Of a DNA stretch of 64,000 nucleotides, positions 32,684 to 45,986 are shown piece after piece. The stretch lies in contig CAWCBB010000009.1 of NCBI GenBank assembly GCA_963793695.1, forward strand, positions 35,463-99,462, read 5' to 3'. The number at the start of each line of letters is the position of its first letter. Position 1 is the first letter of the stretch. The notes under the pieces are model-generated. The model worked only from the letters and a program-made list of their open reading frames with translations. It did not search any database and was not told the origin of the DNA. The stretch is from an uncultured Acidobacteriota bacterium. GTDB lineage: Bacteria; Acidobacteriota; Thermoanaerobaculia; Gp7-AA8. The position numbers and the translations under genes are program-made.

Positions 32684-33043
32684 ATGAGCAGGCCCGCACA
32701 GGTAGAACTCGTCGGAAGAAAGATCCGACAACTCCGACGCCAGCGCAAGCTGACGCAGACCGAGCTCGCGGATCGGATCGGGATTCATCAGTCCGATCTT
32801 TCGCGAATGGAGCAGGGGGAGTATAAAGTCGGGCTCGATACGCTGCTCAGGGTCCTCCAGACGTTCAATATCTCCATCGGAGAATTTTTCGAGGAAGGGG
32901 CGAAGGAGCACGGGGTGATCGACAGCTTCCGCCGCCTGAGCCCTTCCGCGCAGAAGGAAGTGGAAAGCTTCATCGAGTTCAAGCGCCTTCAGGAGGGCGA
33001 GCTCGATGAGGAGGGTGGGAGCGAGGGTGAAGATGAGTCCTGA
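32684..33043 (+). CDS. XRE-family HTH transcriptional regulator
   Basis: IRQLRRQRKLTQTELADRIGIHQSDLSRMEQG. Confidence 0.93.
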   Translation: MSRPAQVELVGRKIRQLRRQRKLTQTELADRIGIHQSDLSRMEQGEYKVGLDTLLRVLQTFNISIGEFFEEGAKEHGVIDSFRRLSPSAQKEVESFIEFKRLQEGELDEEGGSEGEDES

Positions 33044-33932
33044 GACGATGACGGTCGAAGAGCTGCGGCGCGAAGGATTGCGCCTGTACTACGCGAGCGC
33101 GCTCGAAGAGGCGCTCCCGTACTTCGATCGCGCGCTGGCGCTCACCTCCGAGGGCGAGACCCGCGACCTGCTGACGATTCACAAAGCGAGCGTCCACGTG
33201 GCGCAGCAGAAGTCGTCCCCGGAAGTGCAGGCGCTCCCGGCGATCATCATGCGGCGGCGCCCGCTGCGCGGCCTTGCGGCATACCACCTCGCGACGAAGT
33301 TCGAGAACGAGAAGGATTATGCCCGCGCGCGCTTCTACCTGGACATCGCCCTCGAGGCCGCGAACGAAGCCGAAGACCACCGCCTGCGGGTCGTCACGAC
33401 GATCGATCTCGGGAACCTCTGCGTTTACGATTCGCGTCCGGAAGAAGCGGTCGAGTACTACGACCGCGCGCTCGCGCTGCTGACCGAGGCGAGCGTGCTG
33501 TCCGCCGTCGGCGAAAAGGAAGCGCAGCTCTGGGCCGCCTTCGCGACGCAGAACCTCGGCTATTGCCGCGTGATCGGCGATCGCGCCGACGATGGGATCG
33601 CGCTGCTCCACCGCGCGATCGAGATGCTCGAGAGCTGCGAGGGCCACGCGTACGCGGCCGAATCGCATCTCGACCTCTGCCTCGGCTACATGGAGACCGG
33701 CCATCTCGAGGAGGCGCGCCTCCACGGGGAGATCGGCCTTCGCGACGCGACCGAAGACCGCCAGGTCCGCAACGGCCATTACCTGCTCGGCGAGGTGGCG
33801 TACACGCTCGGCGATACCGCCGCTGCCGAACATCACTTCGACCAGCTCGCGCGCTACTACCCCGACTTTCCCCAGCTCCGGAATCTGCTGCTCGCGATCG
33901 ATCTCCGGAAGATCGTGAATTTCAAACTATGA
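33033..33932 (+). CDS. Tetratricopeptide repeat protein
   Basis: Repeated TPR helices (EEALPYFDRAL, EEAVEYYDRAL, HYLLGEVAY); overlaps XRE gene. Confidence 0.85.
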   Translation: MSPETMTVEELRREGLRLYYASALEEALPYFDRALALTSEGETRDLLTIHKASVHVAQQKSSPEVQALPAIIMRRRPLRGLAAYHLATKFENEKDYARARFYLDIALEAANEAEDHRLRVVTTIDLGNLCVYDSRPEEAVEYYDRALALLTEASVLSAVGEKEAQLWAAFATQNLGYCRVIGDRADDGIALLHRAIEMLESCEGHAYAAESHLDLCLGYMETGHLEEARLHGEIGLRDATEDRQVRNGHYLLGEVAYTLGDTAAAEHHFDQLARYYPDFPQLRNLLLAIDLRKIVNFKL

Positions 33933-34972
33933 AACGGCTCTTCCTCGTATTCGGGCTTCTCGCGCTGCTCGCGACCGCCGGCTTCGGAAGCCAGGCGGAC
34001 AACGAGCTCCTGGTCGCACCTGACGGCACCGTCTACCTCGTCGAAGTCGTATCGGGCGAGCAGATCGGTGACGCCACGGGACGTCGCTCCGCGCTCAATC
34101 TCCGCATTACCCGCGGGGAAGACTCCGAGGCGATCCTGATCCCGGCGTCCGCCGGCGAGGGAGAGAACTCCCAGCCCGCGCTCGCCTACGACGCCGCCAC
34201 CGAGACCCTCTTCATCCTCTGGGTGCGGGCGCCCCAGATCACGACGAGCGAGCTGCTCCTGACCTCGTACCGCGACGGCAGCTTCGGCGAGACGACGTCT
34301 CTCGACCTCGGCGTGTTCCGCTATCGCGAGAATCTTCGGGTGGCGATCACCAAGTACGCGCAGAACACCGTCACCGTCGATGGCGCGGAAGAGACCAGGA
34401 AGGACGCCATCCTCGCGGTGCACGCGGTCTGGTGGGATACCGACGGGTGGACGGAGCGCGCGCGATACGCGTTGCTCCAGATCACGGCCGGAAAGGCGAG
34501 CGTCGTCACGATTCAGGACCTGATCGACGTCCTCGGCGCCGGGCGGAACCCCGAGCCGGTCATCGCGCCTGAATCGTTCGATCCCAGGATCCTGCAGTTT
34601 CCGACCGTCGCCGCCAACCCCGCGCTCGACCGCGCCGACGTCGTCTTCGGCGATCCCGAGATGAACCGCATGTACCGGCTCGACCTCGTCCCGGTCGCGG
34701 CGCACGGCGTGCTCAAGCCGCCGATCGGAATCCGCCGCGGCGAGGTCCCCGCCCCGGTTCTCGAGGCCGTCCGCGCGAACTCCACGACCACCGCGATTCC
34801 GCATCCCGTCGATCCGTCCTCGCTGATGCTCTACACGATCACGGACGGGAAGGTTCAGTACCTCGTCTATGAGGGCGGCGCGTGGGGCGAAGCGAAGTCG
34901 ATCGCTCTCGACGGCAAGGTCACTGAAGAGATCGCGGTCGAAGCCCTCAAGCGCCGCCTGGCAGAGCGCTGA
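33929..34972 (+). CDS. Secreted hypothetical protein (beta-rich)
   Basis: ATGA coupling; MKRLFLVFGLLALLATAGFG signal peptide. Confidence 0.8.
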   Translation: MKRLFLVFGLLALLATAGFGSQADNELLVAPDGTVYLVEVVSGEQIGDATGRRSALNLRITRGEDSEAILIPASAGEGENSQPALAYDAATETLFILWVRAPQITTSELLLTSYRDGSFGETTSLDLGVFRYRENLRVAITKYAQNTVTVDGAEETRKDAILAVHAVWWDTDGWTERARYALLQITAGKASVVTIQDLIDVLGAGRNPEPVIAPESFDPRILQFPTVAANPALDRADVVFGDPEMNRMYRLDLVPVAAHGVLKPPIGIRRGEVPAPVLEAVRANSTTTAIPHPVDPSSLMLYTITDGKVQYLVYEGGAWGEAKSIALDGKVTEEIAVEALKRRLAER

Positions 34973-34995
34973 TTCGCTGCCTTCGATCCAGCACG

Positions 34996-35021
34996 AAGAG
35001 CCGGCTCGCGCCGGCTCTTTT
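34996..35021 (+). terminator. Intrinsic terminator
   Basis: AAGAGCCGGC-loop-GCCGGCTCTTTT. Confidence 0.8.
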
Positions 35022-35041
35022 CATTTGCGGGGCGAGCCCGC

Positions 35042-35209
35042 TCAGCCGCGCGGCTTCGAGCTCTTGACCGAAGCGATGATCCCGACGCCGATGAGAGCGA
35101 GGACGCCGACGGCGATCCAGACCGGAGGGGCTCCGAGCAGATGCGCCGCGATCCCGATGGCAATGCTGAGTACGACCCAGCCCACGAGCGAAAGATTGAA
35201 CCAGTTCAC
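35042..35209 (-). CDS. Small two-TM membrane protein
   Basis: GGAGG + GTG; two hydrophobic helices. Confidence 0.6.
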   Translation of the reverse strand: MNWFNLSLVGWVVLSIAIGIAAHLLGAPPVWIAVGVLALIGVGIIASVKSSKPRG

Positions 35210-35514
35210 GTCGAAACCTCCAGGCGTGCTCGTCAGCAAGGACCGCGCCCAACCCGCCCGCCCGGTCTTGAGCGTCCAGAGCGTCTTGGGTCTAGAGCGT
35301 TGGGCGGCTAGAGCGTCTTCAATGTCGTGGTACCGATTTTCAGAAATCGGGGCTCTCCGTGAGGCGCGAAGCGCCGATACAAACGACAGCACCGGGCGCC
35401 AGCCCGGTGAATTGGAACCGATGTCAACACGTGAGCCGCGCTGGCGGCGACACGTTGTGCCGCCGCTGCGCGGCTCGAAATCGAATTGCGGCCTCTTCCA
35501 CCGGGCTCACGCCC

Positions 35515-35803
35515 CAATGCCGTTAACTTACTTAAGGCGAGATGCCCGGAGCTGTCATCCCGAGCCCTCACGTCGCGCTTCGCGCTCCTCAGGGCAGGCT
35601 CCGCGAGGGATCTGGGCGGGGGCTGCGAAAGAACGCGGCGCCCGAGCAGGGCAGCAGGATCGGCATTCGCTTCGGGGTCGCCAGCGAATTTCGAGCCTGT
35701 GCCCTGCTTCGGTGCGGCGTCACGCGCACCACACCCGCCCAGATCCCTCGCTACGCTCGGGATGACATCGTCGCCCGAACCATTGCTTAAGTTAACGCCA
35801 TTG
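35515..35803. mobile_element. Non-autonomous IS4-like MITE (289 bp) with 12-bp target-site duplication
   Basis: TIRs CAATGCCGTTAACTTA / TAAGTTAACGCCATTG (15/16 match); GGGCTCACGCCC duplicated at 35503-35514 and 35804-35815. Confidence 0.8.
35553..35767. repeat. GTCATCCCGAGC-type REP-like element inside the MITE
   Basis: Ends match the element at 9506-9609. Confidence 0.85.
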
Positions 35804-35999
35804 GGGCTCACGCCCGGTGCTGACCTCTGTTCCGGCGCTGCGCGCCGGGCGAAGTCTCGTTCCCGCACGTCCAGAGTCCTGGCACCGCTGGGCGCCCCTG
35901 CCCGAAGAACGCTCCGAGACGCCCTCAGACGCCTGGACGCCCATACGCAAACAGCCCGGCTTTAGCCGGGCTGTGGGTGCTGCGAGTGTGCGCTGGCGC

Positions 36000-36327
36000 T
36001 TACTTGTTGACGGCGATGAACGCGATGATGAGCGCGTAGATGACGAGCGACTCGATGAGCGCGAGACCGATGATCATCGCCAGGCGGATGGCGCCGGCCG
36101 CGCCGGGGTTGCGGGCGATGCCTTCGCAGGCCGCGCTGATCGCGCGCCCCTGGCCGATGGCGCCCGCGGCGGCCGCGATGCCGAGAACGAACGCCGCCGA
36201 GATCAGCCCCCACTGCGACGCCGCCGGTTGCGGCCGGCGCGGTCTGCGCCGCCTCCTGCGCGAACGCCGCCGTCGCCACCAGCAGCAGCAGCGCGACGAA
36301 CACGATCGATTTCATTCTGTTCACCAC
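36000..36327 (-). CDS. atpE: ATP synthase F0 subunit c (frameshift near 36205)
   Basis: GIAAAAGAIGQG, ARNP, GLALIESLVIY. Confidence 0.92.
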
Positions 36328-36373
36328 GACTCCTCCTTTACGGAATATCCGATTCCGATTCTTCGAAACATTC

Positions 36374-37075
36374 TCAATGTTCTTCGGCGGTCACAGCGCC
36401 GCCGATGTAGACCATCGTCAGCATGATGAAGACGAACGTCTGCAGGACGGCGCCGAAGATGCCGAGCCCATCATCGGCCACGGAAGGACCAGCGGGAACA
36501 GCCCCATGAAGATCCCGGTCGCGGTGTGCTCGCCGAAGATGTTGCCGAACAGACGCATGCCGAGCGAAAGGATGCGCGCGAAGTGGCCGATCAGCTCGAT
36601 CGGAAACATCAGCGGCGCGAGCCACCAGACGCGGCCCCATGAAGTGCAGCGAGGTAGTGCCCGAGCCCCTGCGCCCGGATCCCCTGCCAGTTGTAGTAGA
36701 GGAACGCGGTGATCGACAGCGCGAACGTCGTGTTGACGTTCGCGGTCGGCGGCTGCAGGAAGAAGAACAGGCCGAAGATGTTCGAGACGAAGATGAAGAC
36801 CGTGAAGCCGCCGATGACGTAGAGGAACTTGTTCGCGGCGCCGTGGCCGACGATGTCCTCGAGCAGCCCTTCAGCCCGCCGACGAGCAGCTCGAGCAACT
36901 GCTGGAGCGGCCCGGGATCGTCCTTGCTGAGGTTCCGCGCGATCGAGCGGAAAGAGGATCAGGCTGATGAGCAGAACCAGCAGAGCCATGATGACGTGAT
37001 CGGGGAGGTGAAATGCCCAGCGATGCCGAGCAAGCGCGTTGACCGGACCGTAAAGGATCGAGTTTCGTGATCCAT
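36374..37075 (-). CDS. atpB: ATP synthase F0 subunit a (frameshifted)
   Basis: PPTANVN, PIELIGHFARILSLGMRLFGN, LQTFVF. Confidence 0.93.
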
Positions 37076-37102
37076 TCAGACTCCACCGAGATCCAACCCG
37101 GC

Positions 37103-37550
37103 TCACGAGCTTTCCCCGGAGGCCCTGTACACCGCGTACAGGACCTCACACCCGATCCCGATCACGAGGACCGAGAATCCCGAACAGCACACTGAGCGCG
37201 TTGAAACGAGCTACGAAGATTGAGACCGCGAGCGCTACCCCGAAGAGAGCCATGCGCGCCAGCGCGCGCACTCCCAACCGCCATGCCTGGACTCGGGGTG
37301 CCGGCTGAAGGACGTGAACCACGATGCCCTCCAGCCAAAGGAAGTTGATGATAACGACGCCCCCGCTGCAAGTCAATCCGAGCAGACCCCACCATTTCCC
37401 CTGCGCCGCATAAGCCGCCGCGAGCAGGATCCACGCCCCGATCGCGAAGCGGACGATCCGGGCGACCATGGCCCGTTCCTCGCGGAAATCGGGTTCATCC
37501 GGTGCCGGATCCTCCCGCCGGGGGCTCGTTTCGGTCGTTGCGTGCTCCAA
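37103..37550 (-). CDS. atpI: ATP synthase protein I-like membrane protein
   Basis: Multi-TM protein with NF motif, directly upstream of atpB. Confidence 0.7.
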
Positions 37551-37753
37551 GGCGAAATAGCTGAACGAAGGCCCCGATGACGCCGAGGCCCGTGAGAACG
37601 ATGGTCAGCCACGGGCCCGTCCCGAGCTTCCGATCGAGCCACCACCCCAGACCATACCCGACGGCGATCGCGATGCGGAAACAGTCAATCCGAGCGACGG
37701 ATGATTTCGGCGAAGGCTCTGCCACCAGCTCGCGGTCGCTTCGTTTCGTCCAT
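37495..37753 (-). CDS. atpZ: AtpZ/AtpI family protein (frameshifted)
   Basis: GYGLGWWLDRKLGTGPW motif. Confidence 0.8.
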
Positions 37754-37769
37754 TCGGCTCGAGCGCAGT

Positions 37770-39233
37770 CTACCTCATCGCGACCGTGACGGCCCCGCGC
37801 AGGGATCGTCCCACCTGCGCGAGCAGCGGCTGCGGGGCCACGCCGAGCGCGAGCGTGATCACCAGGCAGACCGCCGCCACGAACTTCAGCGACCCTGCCC
37901 CCTGCGAGCTCCGCGCCCGCGTCGTCCCGCAGATACATCGCCACGACCAGCCGGAAGTAATAGAACATCGACACGGCCGACATGAGCACGGCGATGATCG
38001 CCAGCCAGCCCCACCCCGAGCCGATCGCGGCGAGAAAGAGATAGTACTTCCCGATGAATCCCGCGGTCGGCGGGATCCCTCCGAGCGAGAGCAGGAAGAT
38101 GACCATCGCGAACGCCCAGAACGGCGCGCGGCTGTGCAGCCCGGCGAAATCGTAGATCGCTCTCGCCCGCGTACTCGCGCTTCGCGAAGCATCAGAACGA
38201 GCGCCCAGATCCCGAGCGTGGCGAACGATGTAGACGAGCATGTAGACGAGCACGGACGTGAGGCCGAGCTCGCTCATCGCGAGGATGCCGAGGAGCGCGT
38301 ACCCCGCGTGGCCGATCGAGGAGTAGGCGAGCATCCGCTTGACGTTGTCCTGCGTGACGGCGGCGAGGTTCCCGACGATCATCGAGAGCGCCGCGACCGT
38401 GGCGAGCACGGCTCCCCAGTCCAGCCGGAAGTCGGCGAGCGCCATGTAGAAGATGCGCGCGAAGATCGCGAACGCGGCGCCCTTCGAGGCGGTCGAGAGG
38501 AACGCGGTGATCGGCGTCGGCGCGCCGACGTAGACGTCGGGGGTCCAGACGTGGAACGGCACGGCCGCGACCTTGAAGCAGAGCCCCGCGGCGAGGAGGA
38601 TGATCCCGAGGAGGAGCGCCTCGTTCCCGGCGATCCCCCGGATGCTCGTGGCGATCGCCTCGAGCCCGAGCGAGCCCGTGACGCCGAAGATCAGCGAGAT
38701 GCCGTACAGGAGGATCGCGGAGCTGACCGAGCCGAGGATGAAGTACTTCATCGCGGCTTCGGTCGACGCGTTCTCGTTCCTTGTAGTAGCCGGCGAGGAT
38801 GTAGCTCGAGAGCGAGAGGAGCTCGAGGCCGATCCAGATCGAGATCAGGTGAACGCCCGAGACCATGAACATGGTCCCGCACAGGGCGAACGCGAGCAGC
38901 GAGAAGTACTCCCAGGCGGAGTAGCCCCCCTCGCGGAGAAAGTCCTCCGAGAGGAGCGCGACGAGCGCCATCGCGGAGATGAGGAGCAGCTTGAAGAAGG
39001 TCGCGAACCCGTCGAGTGACGAACATCGCGGCGAGCATCGCGGTCGCGGGCTGGCGCTGCGCCCCCGCGGCCCAGAAGACCGTCGCGGCGGTCGCCGCGA
39101 GGACGAGGAGCATCTGCCACTTCGCCGCGGCCACGTTCGAGCGGCGGAAGATGAACGGCGCCACGAGAAGCCAGCTCGCGCCGAGCGCGATGACGATCTC
39201 CGGAGCCAGGAAGACGACGTCGCTCCACTTCAT
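37770..39233 (-). CDS. nuoN: NADH-quinone oxidoreductase subunit N (frameshifted)
   Basis: GLELLSLSSY, KYFILG, FKVAAVPFHVWTPDVY, KRMLAYSSIGH. Confidence 0.94.
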
Positions 39234-40875
39234 CGGGCGGCCCCATGCGCCGGCTCGGAGTCCGACCCCTCTTCCATGAGCGCCGGCATCGCCGGGGCCT
39301 CGGGATAGACGAGCTTCCTAGCCGTGAAATAGTTCGGATCGACCTTCTGAACGAGGTAGTTGACCGGCTTTTCGAGAACGTCGAACATCGGCTTCGGATA
39401 GACGCCGATCCAGACCATGAGGGCCACGAGCGGGATCAGCGTCCACGCCTCGCGCCCGCCGAGGGTGATGTCCTTGAGGTTCTGGTTCTTCGGGTTGTCG
39501 AGCGGCCCCCAGAAAACGCGCTGGTAGAGCCAGAGCAGATACGCGGCGCCCAGGATGATGCCGATCGCCGCGGCGGCGCCCCACCAGATGTTCCGGTTCG
39601 CGGCGCCGAGAAGAATCGTGAACTCGCCGACGAACCCGTTGAGCGCCGGCAGCCCCAATCGACGAGAGCGCGGTGATCAGGAAGAACGTCGCATACACCG
39701 GCATCTGCTTCGCCAGCCCGCCGTACTCCGAGATCAGCCTCGTGTGGCGCCGCTCGTAGATGATGCCGACGAGAAGGAAGAGCGCGCCCGTCGAGATGCC
39801 GTGGTTGATCATCTGGAGGATCGAGCCGCTCAGCCCCATCGGGTTGAGAGCGAACATCCCGAGCATCACGAACCCGAGGTGCGAGACCGACGAGTAGGCG
39901 ACGAGCTTCTTCATGTCCTTCTGCACGAGCGAGACGAGCGCGCCGTAGATGATGCCGATGATCGCCAGAATCACGATCGGGATCGTCAGGTTGACCGTCG
40001 CCTCGGGGAGGATCGGAAGCGAGAATCGGACGAAGCCGTAGGTGCCCATCTTCAGGAGGACGGCGGCCAGGATGACCGAGCCGGCGGTCGGAGCCTCGAC
40101 GTGCGCGTCGGGCAGCCACGTGTGGAACGGGAACATCGGGACCTTGATCGCGAACGCCGAAGAAGAACCCGAGGAAGAGCCAGAACTGGAGCGTCGCCGG
40201 GAATGAGGTGCCCGATCTCGTGGTACTGCAGCACTTCGAAGGTCGGCGCGTTGCCGAGGCCTTTGATATTGAGCAGCGGGATGCCGCCGCTGTTGAAGAA
40301 GTAGAGACCGAGGATCGAGAGCAGCATCAGGACCGACCCGGCGAGCGTGTAGAGGAAGAACTTGATCGACGCGTAGAGCTGCCGCGGGCCGCCCCAGACC
40401 CCGATCAGGAAGTACATCGGCACGAGCATGACTTCCCAGAAGACGTAGAAGAGGAAGAAGTCGAGCGCGCAGAAGACGCCGATCATGCCCGTCTGGAGGA
40501 GGAGCAGGAGGACGTAGTACTCCTTCTCCCGGGTCGTGATCGCGGTAAAGGACGAGTAGACGGCGATGAAGCCGATCAGCGTCGTCAGAAGGACCAGCAC
40601 CAGCGCGATCCCGTCGATCGCGAACAGATACTGGACGCCGAGGGATCGATCCAGGGTGCGCGCTCCGAGAACTGGAACAGCGGCGCCTCCGCCGCCCGAT
40701 CGAAATGCCACCAGAGCGGGAGACTGACGAGAAAATCGAGACCGACCACCAGCGTGGCCCACGAACGGATCGCCCGGACGCTGCCCTTCGGAAGGAAGAG
40801 CAGCACCAGCGCTCCCGCGAGCGGGATATAGGTGATCAGCGAGAGGATCGGAAAACCACCGCTGTACAGACCCAT
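39230..40875 (-). CDS. nuoM: NADH-quinone oxidoreductase subunit M (frameshifted)
   Basis: [32 protein letters not shown]. Confidence 0.94.
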
Positions 40876-40944
40876 GGAACCTGTTTCTCCTCTATCGCGG
40901 ACCGGCGCGCTCCGGCCGCCGCGATCTCAGCTGCCTCGGATGAA

Positions 40945-43133
<2,189 letters not shown>

Positions 43134-43245
43134 TTCGATCCCCGGGCGCGGCAGGGCGCCCCGTTCATTCCTTCGAATCGCGCCGGACCGACCTCGGCAC
43201 GCGGCAACCGCCGCCGGGGCGGCGGCTCCCGCGTGGCGACGGCGC

Positions 43246-43548
43246 TCAGCCGTTGAGCTGCCGCGCCTCGTCCACGTTCACGCTGTTCTTGAGCCGGTAG
43301 AGCTGGATGGCGATCGCGAGTCCGACCGCCGCCTCCCCCGCCGCCACCGCGATCGTGAAGATCGCGAAGATCTGCCCTTCGATCGACCCGAGCCGGTTGG
43401 CGAAGGCGATGAAGTTGATATTGACCGCGTTGAGCATCAGCTCGACGCACATGAGGATCACGATGATGTTGCGGCGGAGGACGACTCCGACGAGGCCGAT
43501 CGAGAACATCGTGGCCGACAGGAGCAGGTATGCGGTGGTGCTAGGCAC
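43246..43548 (-). CDS. nuoK: NADH-quinone oxidoreductase subunit K
   Basis: [23 protein letters not shown]. Confidence 0.96.
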   Translation of the reverse strand: MPSTTAYLLLSATMFSIGLVGVVLRRNIIVILMCVELMLNAVNINFIAFANRLGSIEGQIFAIFTIAVAAGEAAVGLAIAIQLYRLKNSVNVDEARQLNG

Positions 43549-44210
43549 GGAGGGCCTCCTTTTCCCGCTTCTCTTCCGCCACGCGGTCGGCGATGAACTG
43601 CGGGACGGCTTCCTCCTCCTCGGCGGCGAGGCGGCGCTTGCCGATGACGATCGCGCCGATCATCGCGACCAGGAGGAAGAGGGAGACGACCTCGAAGGGA
43701 ATGAGGTAGTCCTGATAGAGCGCCATGCCGATCGCCTCGGAATTGCCGACGATCGTGCCCGCGGCGCGCGGCGGGCGACCCGTCGGCCGCGACGAGCGGC
43801 GCGGTCGCGGGCACGGAGCGGAGCGCGTCGGTCGAGAGGGCGGGCGCGCCGAACTCTCCGGCGCGGAACATCGAGAGGAACAGGACGAAGAGGGCGATTC
43901 CGACTCCGATGCCCGCTTTCCAGAAGGGGGAGAGCATCGGCTCGTTCGGGAGCTCGCGGACGTTCGTGAGCATGACGACGAAGAGGAAGAGGACCATGAT
44001 GCCGCCCGCGTAGACGAGCAGCTGCACCGCGCCGACGAACTCGGCGTGCGCGAGGATGAAGAGCATCGCGACGCAGAGGAACGTGAGGAGCAGGAAGAGC
44101 GCCGAGTGAACCGGGTTGCGCATCGCGACGACGAGGATCGAGCTCGCGACGGCGATCCCGCCGAGCACCAGAAAGAGGATCATCGGGAAGGAGCTCGTCA
44201 GCCAGTCCAT
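43541..44210 (-). CDS. nuoJ: NADH-quinone oxidoreductase subunit J (frameshifted)
   Basis: [36 protein letters not shown]. Confidence 0.94.
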
Positions 44211-44785
44211 CAGCGCGTCTCCCCGGTGAGAAGCTTCGGCGCTCCGAGCGCCGGCTCGTCCTCGCCATCGTCCACGGTCAGGCCCGCGTTCCGGGCCGTC
44301 TCTTCGAGCGACGGGTACTGGGGCCGCTGGTCCCAGTACTCGAGCTCCTGCATGTTGAAGTAGAGATCGCTGCGGTCGTAGGCGGTCAGCTCGTACGTCT
44401 TCGACGTGAGCCAGATCGACTTCGGCGTCGTCGGGCAGGCCTCTTCGCAGAGCGCGCAGAACATGCAGCGCTTCACGTCGATGTCGTAGCGGTCGAGGAC
44501 CTTGACCTTCTTCTTCTTGCCGTCGACCTCCTGCGTCTCGTCGTGCACGTCGATGTAGATGATGTCGATCGGGCACGCCATCGCGCAGAGCTTGCACGCG
44601 ATGCATCGCTCGAAGGAGAAGCGGAACATCCCGCGGAAGCGATCGGACGGCTCCATCCGCTGTTCCGGGTATTCGACCGTCACCTTCTTCTTCCAGAGCT
44701 CGCGCCAGGTGGTCCGCAGCCCCTCGATCAGATCGAGGAGGAGGAACTTCTCGCTCCACTTCGTTTTCGGACGTTCGACGAACAT
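44210..44785 (-). CDS. nuoI: NADH-quinone oxidoreductase subunit I
   Basis: CIACKLCAMACP and CMFCALCEEACP. Confidence 0.95.
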   Translation of the reverse strand: MFVERPKTKWSEKFLLLDLIEGLRTTWRELWKKKVTVEYPEQRMEPSDRFRGMFRFSFERCIACKLCAMACPIDIIYIDVHDETQEVDGKKKKVKVLDRYDIDVKRCMFCALCEEACPTTPKSIWLTSKTYELTAYDRSDLYFNMQELEYWDQRPQYPSLEETARNAGLTVDDGEDEPALGAPKLLTGETR

Positions 44786-45862
44786 CAGATGCCTTTCGAG
44801 TTGACCAGCAGGACCACGATGCCGGTGACGGCGATGTTGACCAGCGCCAGGGGGATCATCCACTTCCAGCCGAGACTCATCAGCTGGTCGAAGCGGTAGC
44901 GCGGGAAGGTCCCGCGAAGCCAGACGTAGACGAGCATGAAGAACATGACCTTCGTGAAGAAGATCAGCCCTCCGAGGATGGCTCCGAGCGCGCCCCAGCC
45001 GACCAGAACTTCGGTCGTGAGGCCCCACCCGCCCATCGCGAGCGTCCACCCTCCGAAGAAGAGGACGACGACGAGCGCCGAGTTCACGAGCATCGCCGCG
45101 TACTCCGCCAGGAAGAAGAAGGCGAATTTCATCCCGGAGTACTCGGTGTGGAATCCGGCGACCAGCTCCGACTCCGCTTCGGGGAGATCGAAGGGCGCGC
45201 GGTTGTTCTCCGCGATCATCGCAACGAGGAAGATGAAGAACGCGACGATCTGCGGGATCACGAACCAGAGGTGCTGCTCCTGGTAGCGGACGATCTCGCC
45301 GAGGTTGAGCGTCCCGGCGATCATCAGGACGCCGATGATCGAGAGGCCGAACGGGACCTCGTACGAGACCATCTGCGCGGCCGAGCGGAGCCCGCCCATC
45401 AGCGAGTACTTATTGTTGGAAGCCCAGCCGCCGAGGATCATGCCGTACACGCCGGTGGAGGTCAGCGCGAGAACGAGGAGGATCCCGATGTTGACGGAGC
45501 TGATCTCGAACGCCGGTGGCGGTCCGACCGGAATGATCGCGAAGACCGTCATCGCCGGGATCAGAGGGAGCCATGGCGCGATGAAGTAGGGGACCTTCTG
45601 CGCGCCCGAGGGGACGATGTCCTCTTTCAGGAGGAGCTTGATCGGGTCGGCGACGAACTGCAGCAGCCCGTAGGGGCCGACGCGGTTCGGACCGAGCCGC
45701 GCCTGGAGAAAGGCGAGGAACGCGCCGCTCGACGAGCGTCATCGCCGCCACGACCGTGATGACGATCGCGAAGGCGACGACGAACTTGATCGCCGGCCAG
45801 AGGACCCACTTCATCAGCGGGCTCGTCGCGGCGACGGCGGCCAGGGAGAGAGAAGCGTTCAT
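44785..45862 (-). CDS. nuoH: NADH-quinone oxidoreductase subunit H (frameshifted)
   Basis: GPNRVG, KYSLMGGLR, ENNRAPFDLPEAESELVAG. Confidence 0.95.
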
Positions 45863-45876
45863 CACGGGGCCTCCGT

Positions 45877-45974
45877 GGCGAATGGCGAATGTTGAATGTT
45901 GAATGTTGAATGGAAGACCGACCCCGCCCGAGGGAGGGGGCATTCAACAGTCAACATTCTCCATGCAACATTCT
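45877..45974. repeat. Heptamer tandem repeats (GTTGAAT) with inverted counterpart between nuoD and nuoH
   Basis: ggcgaat x2, gttgaat x3, then cattcaa/caacatt arm. Confidence 0.8.
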
Positions 45975-45986
45975 GCTTTGAGCGGC

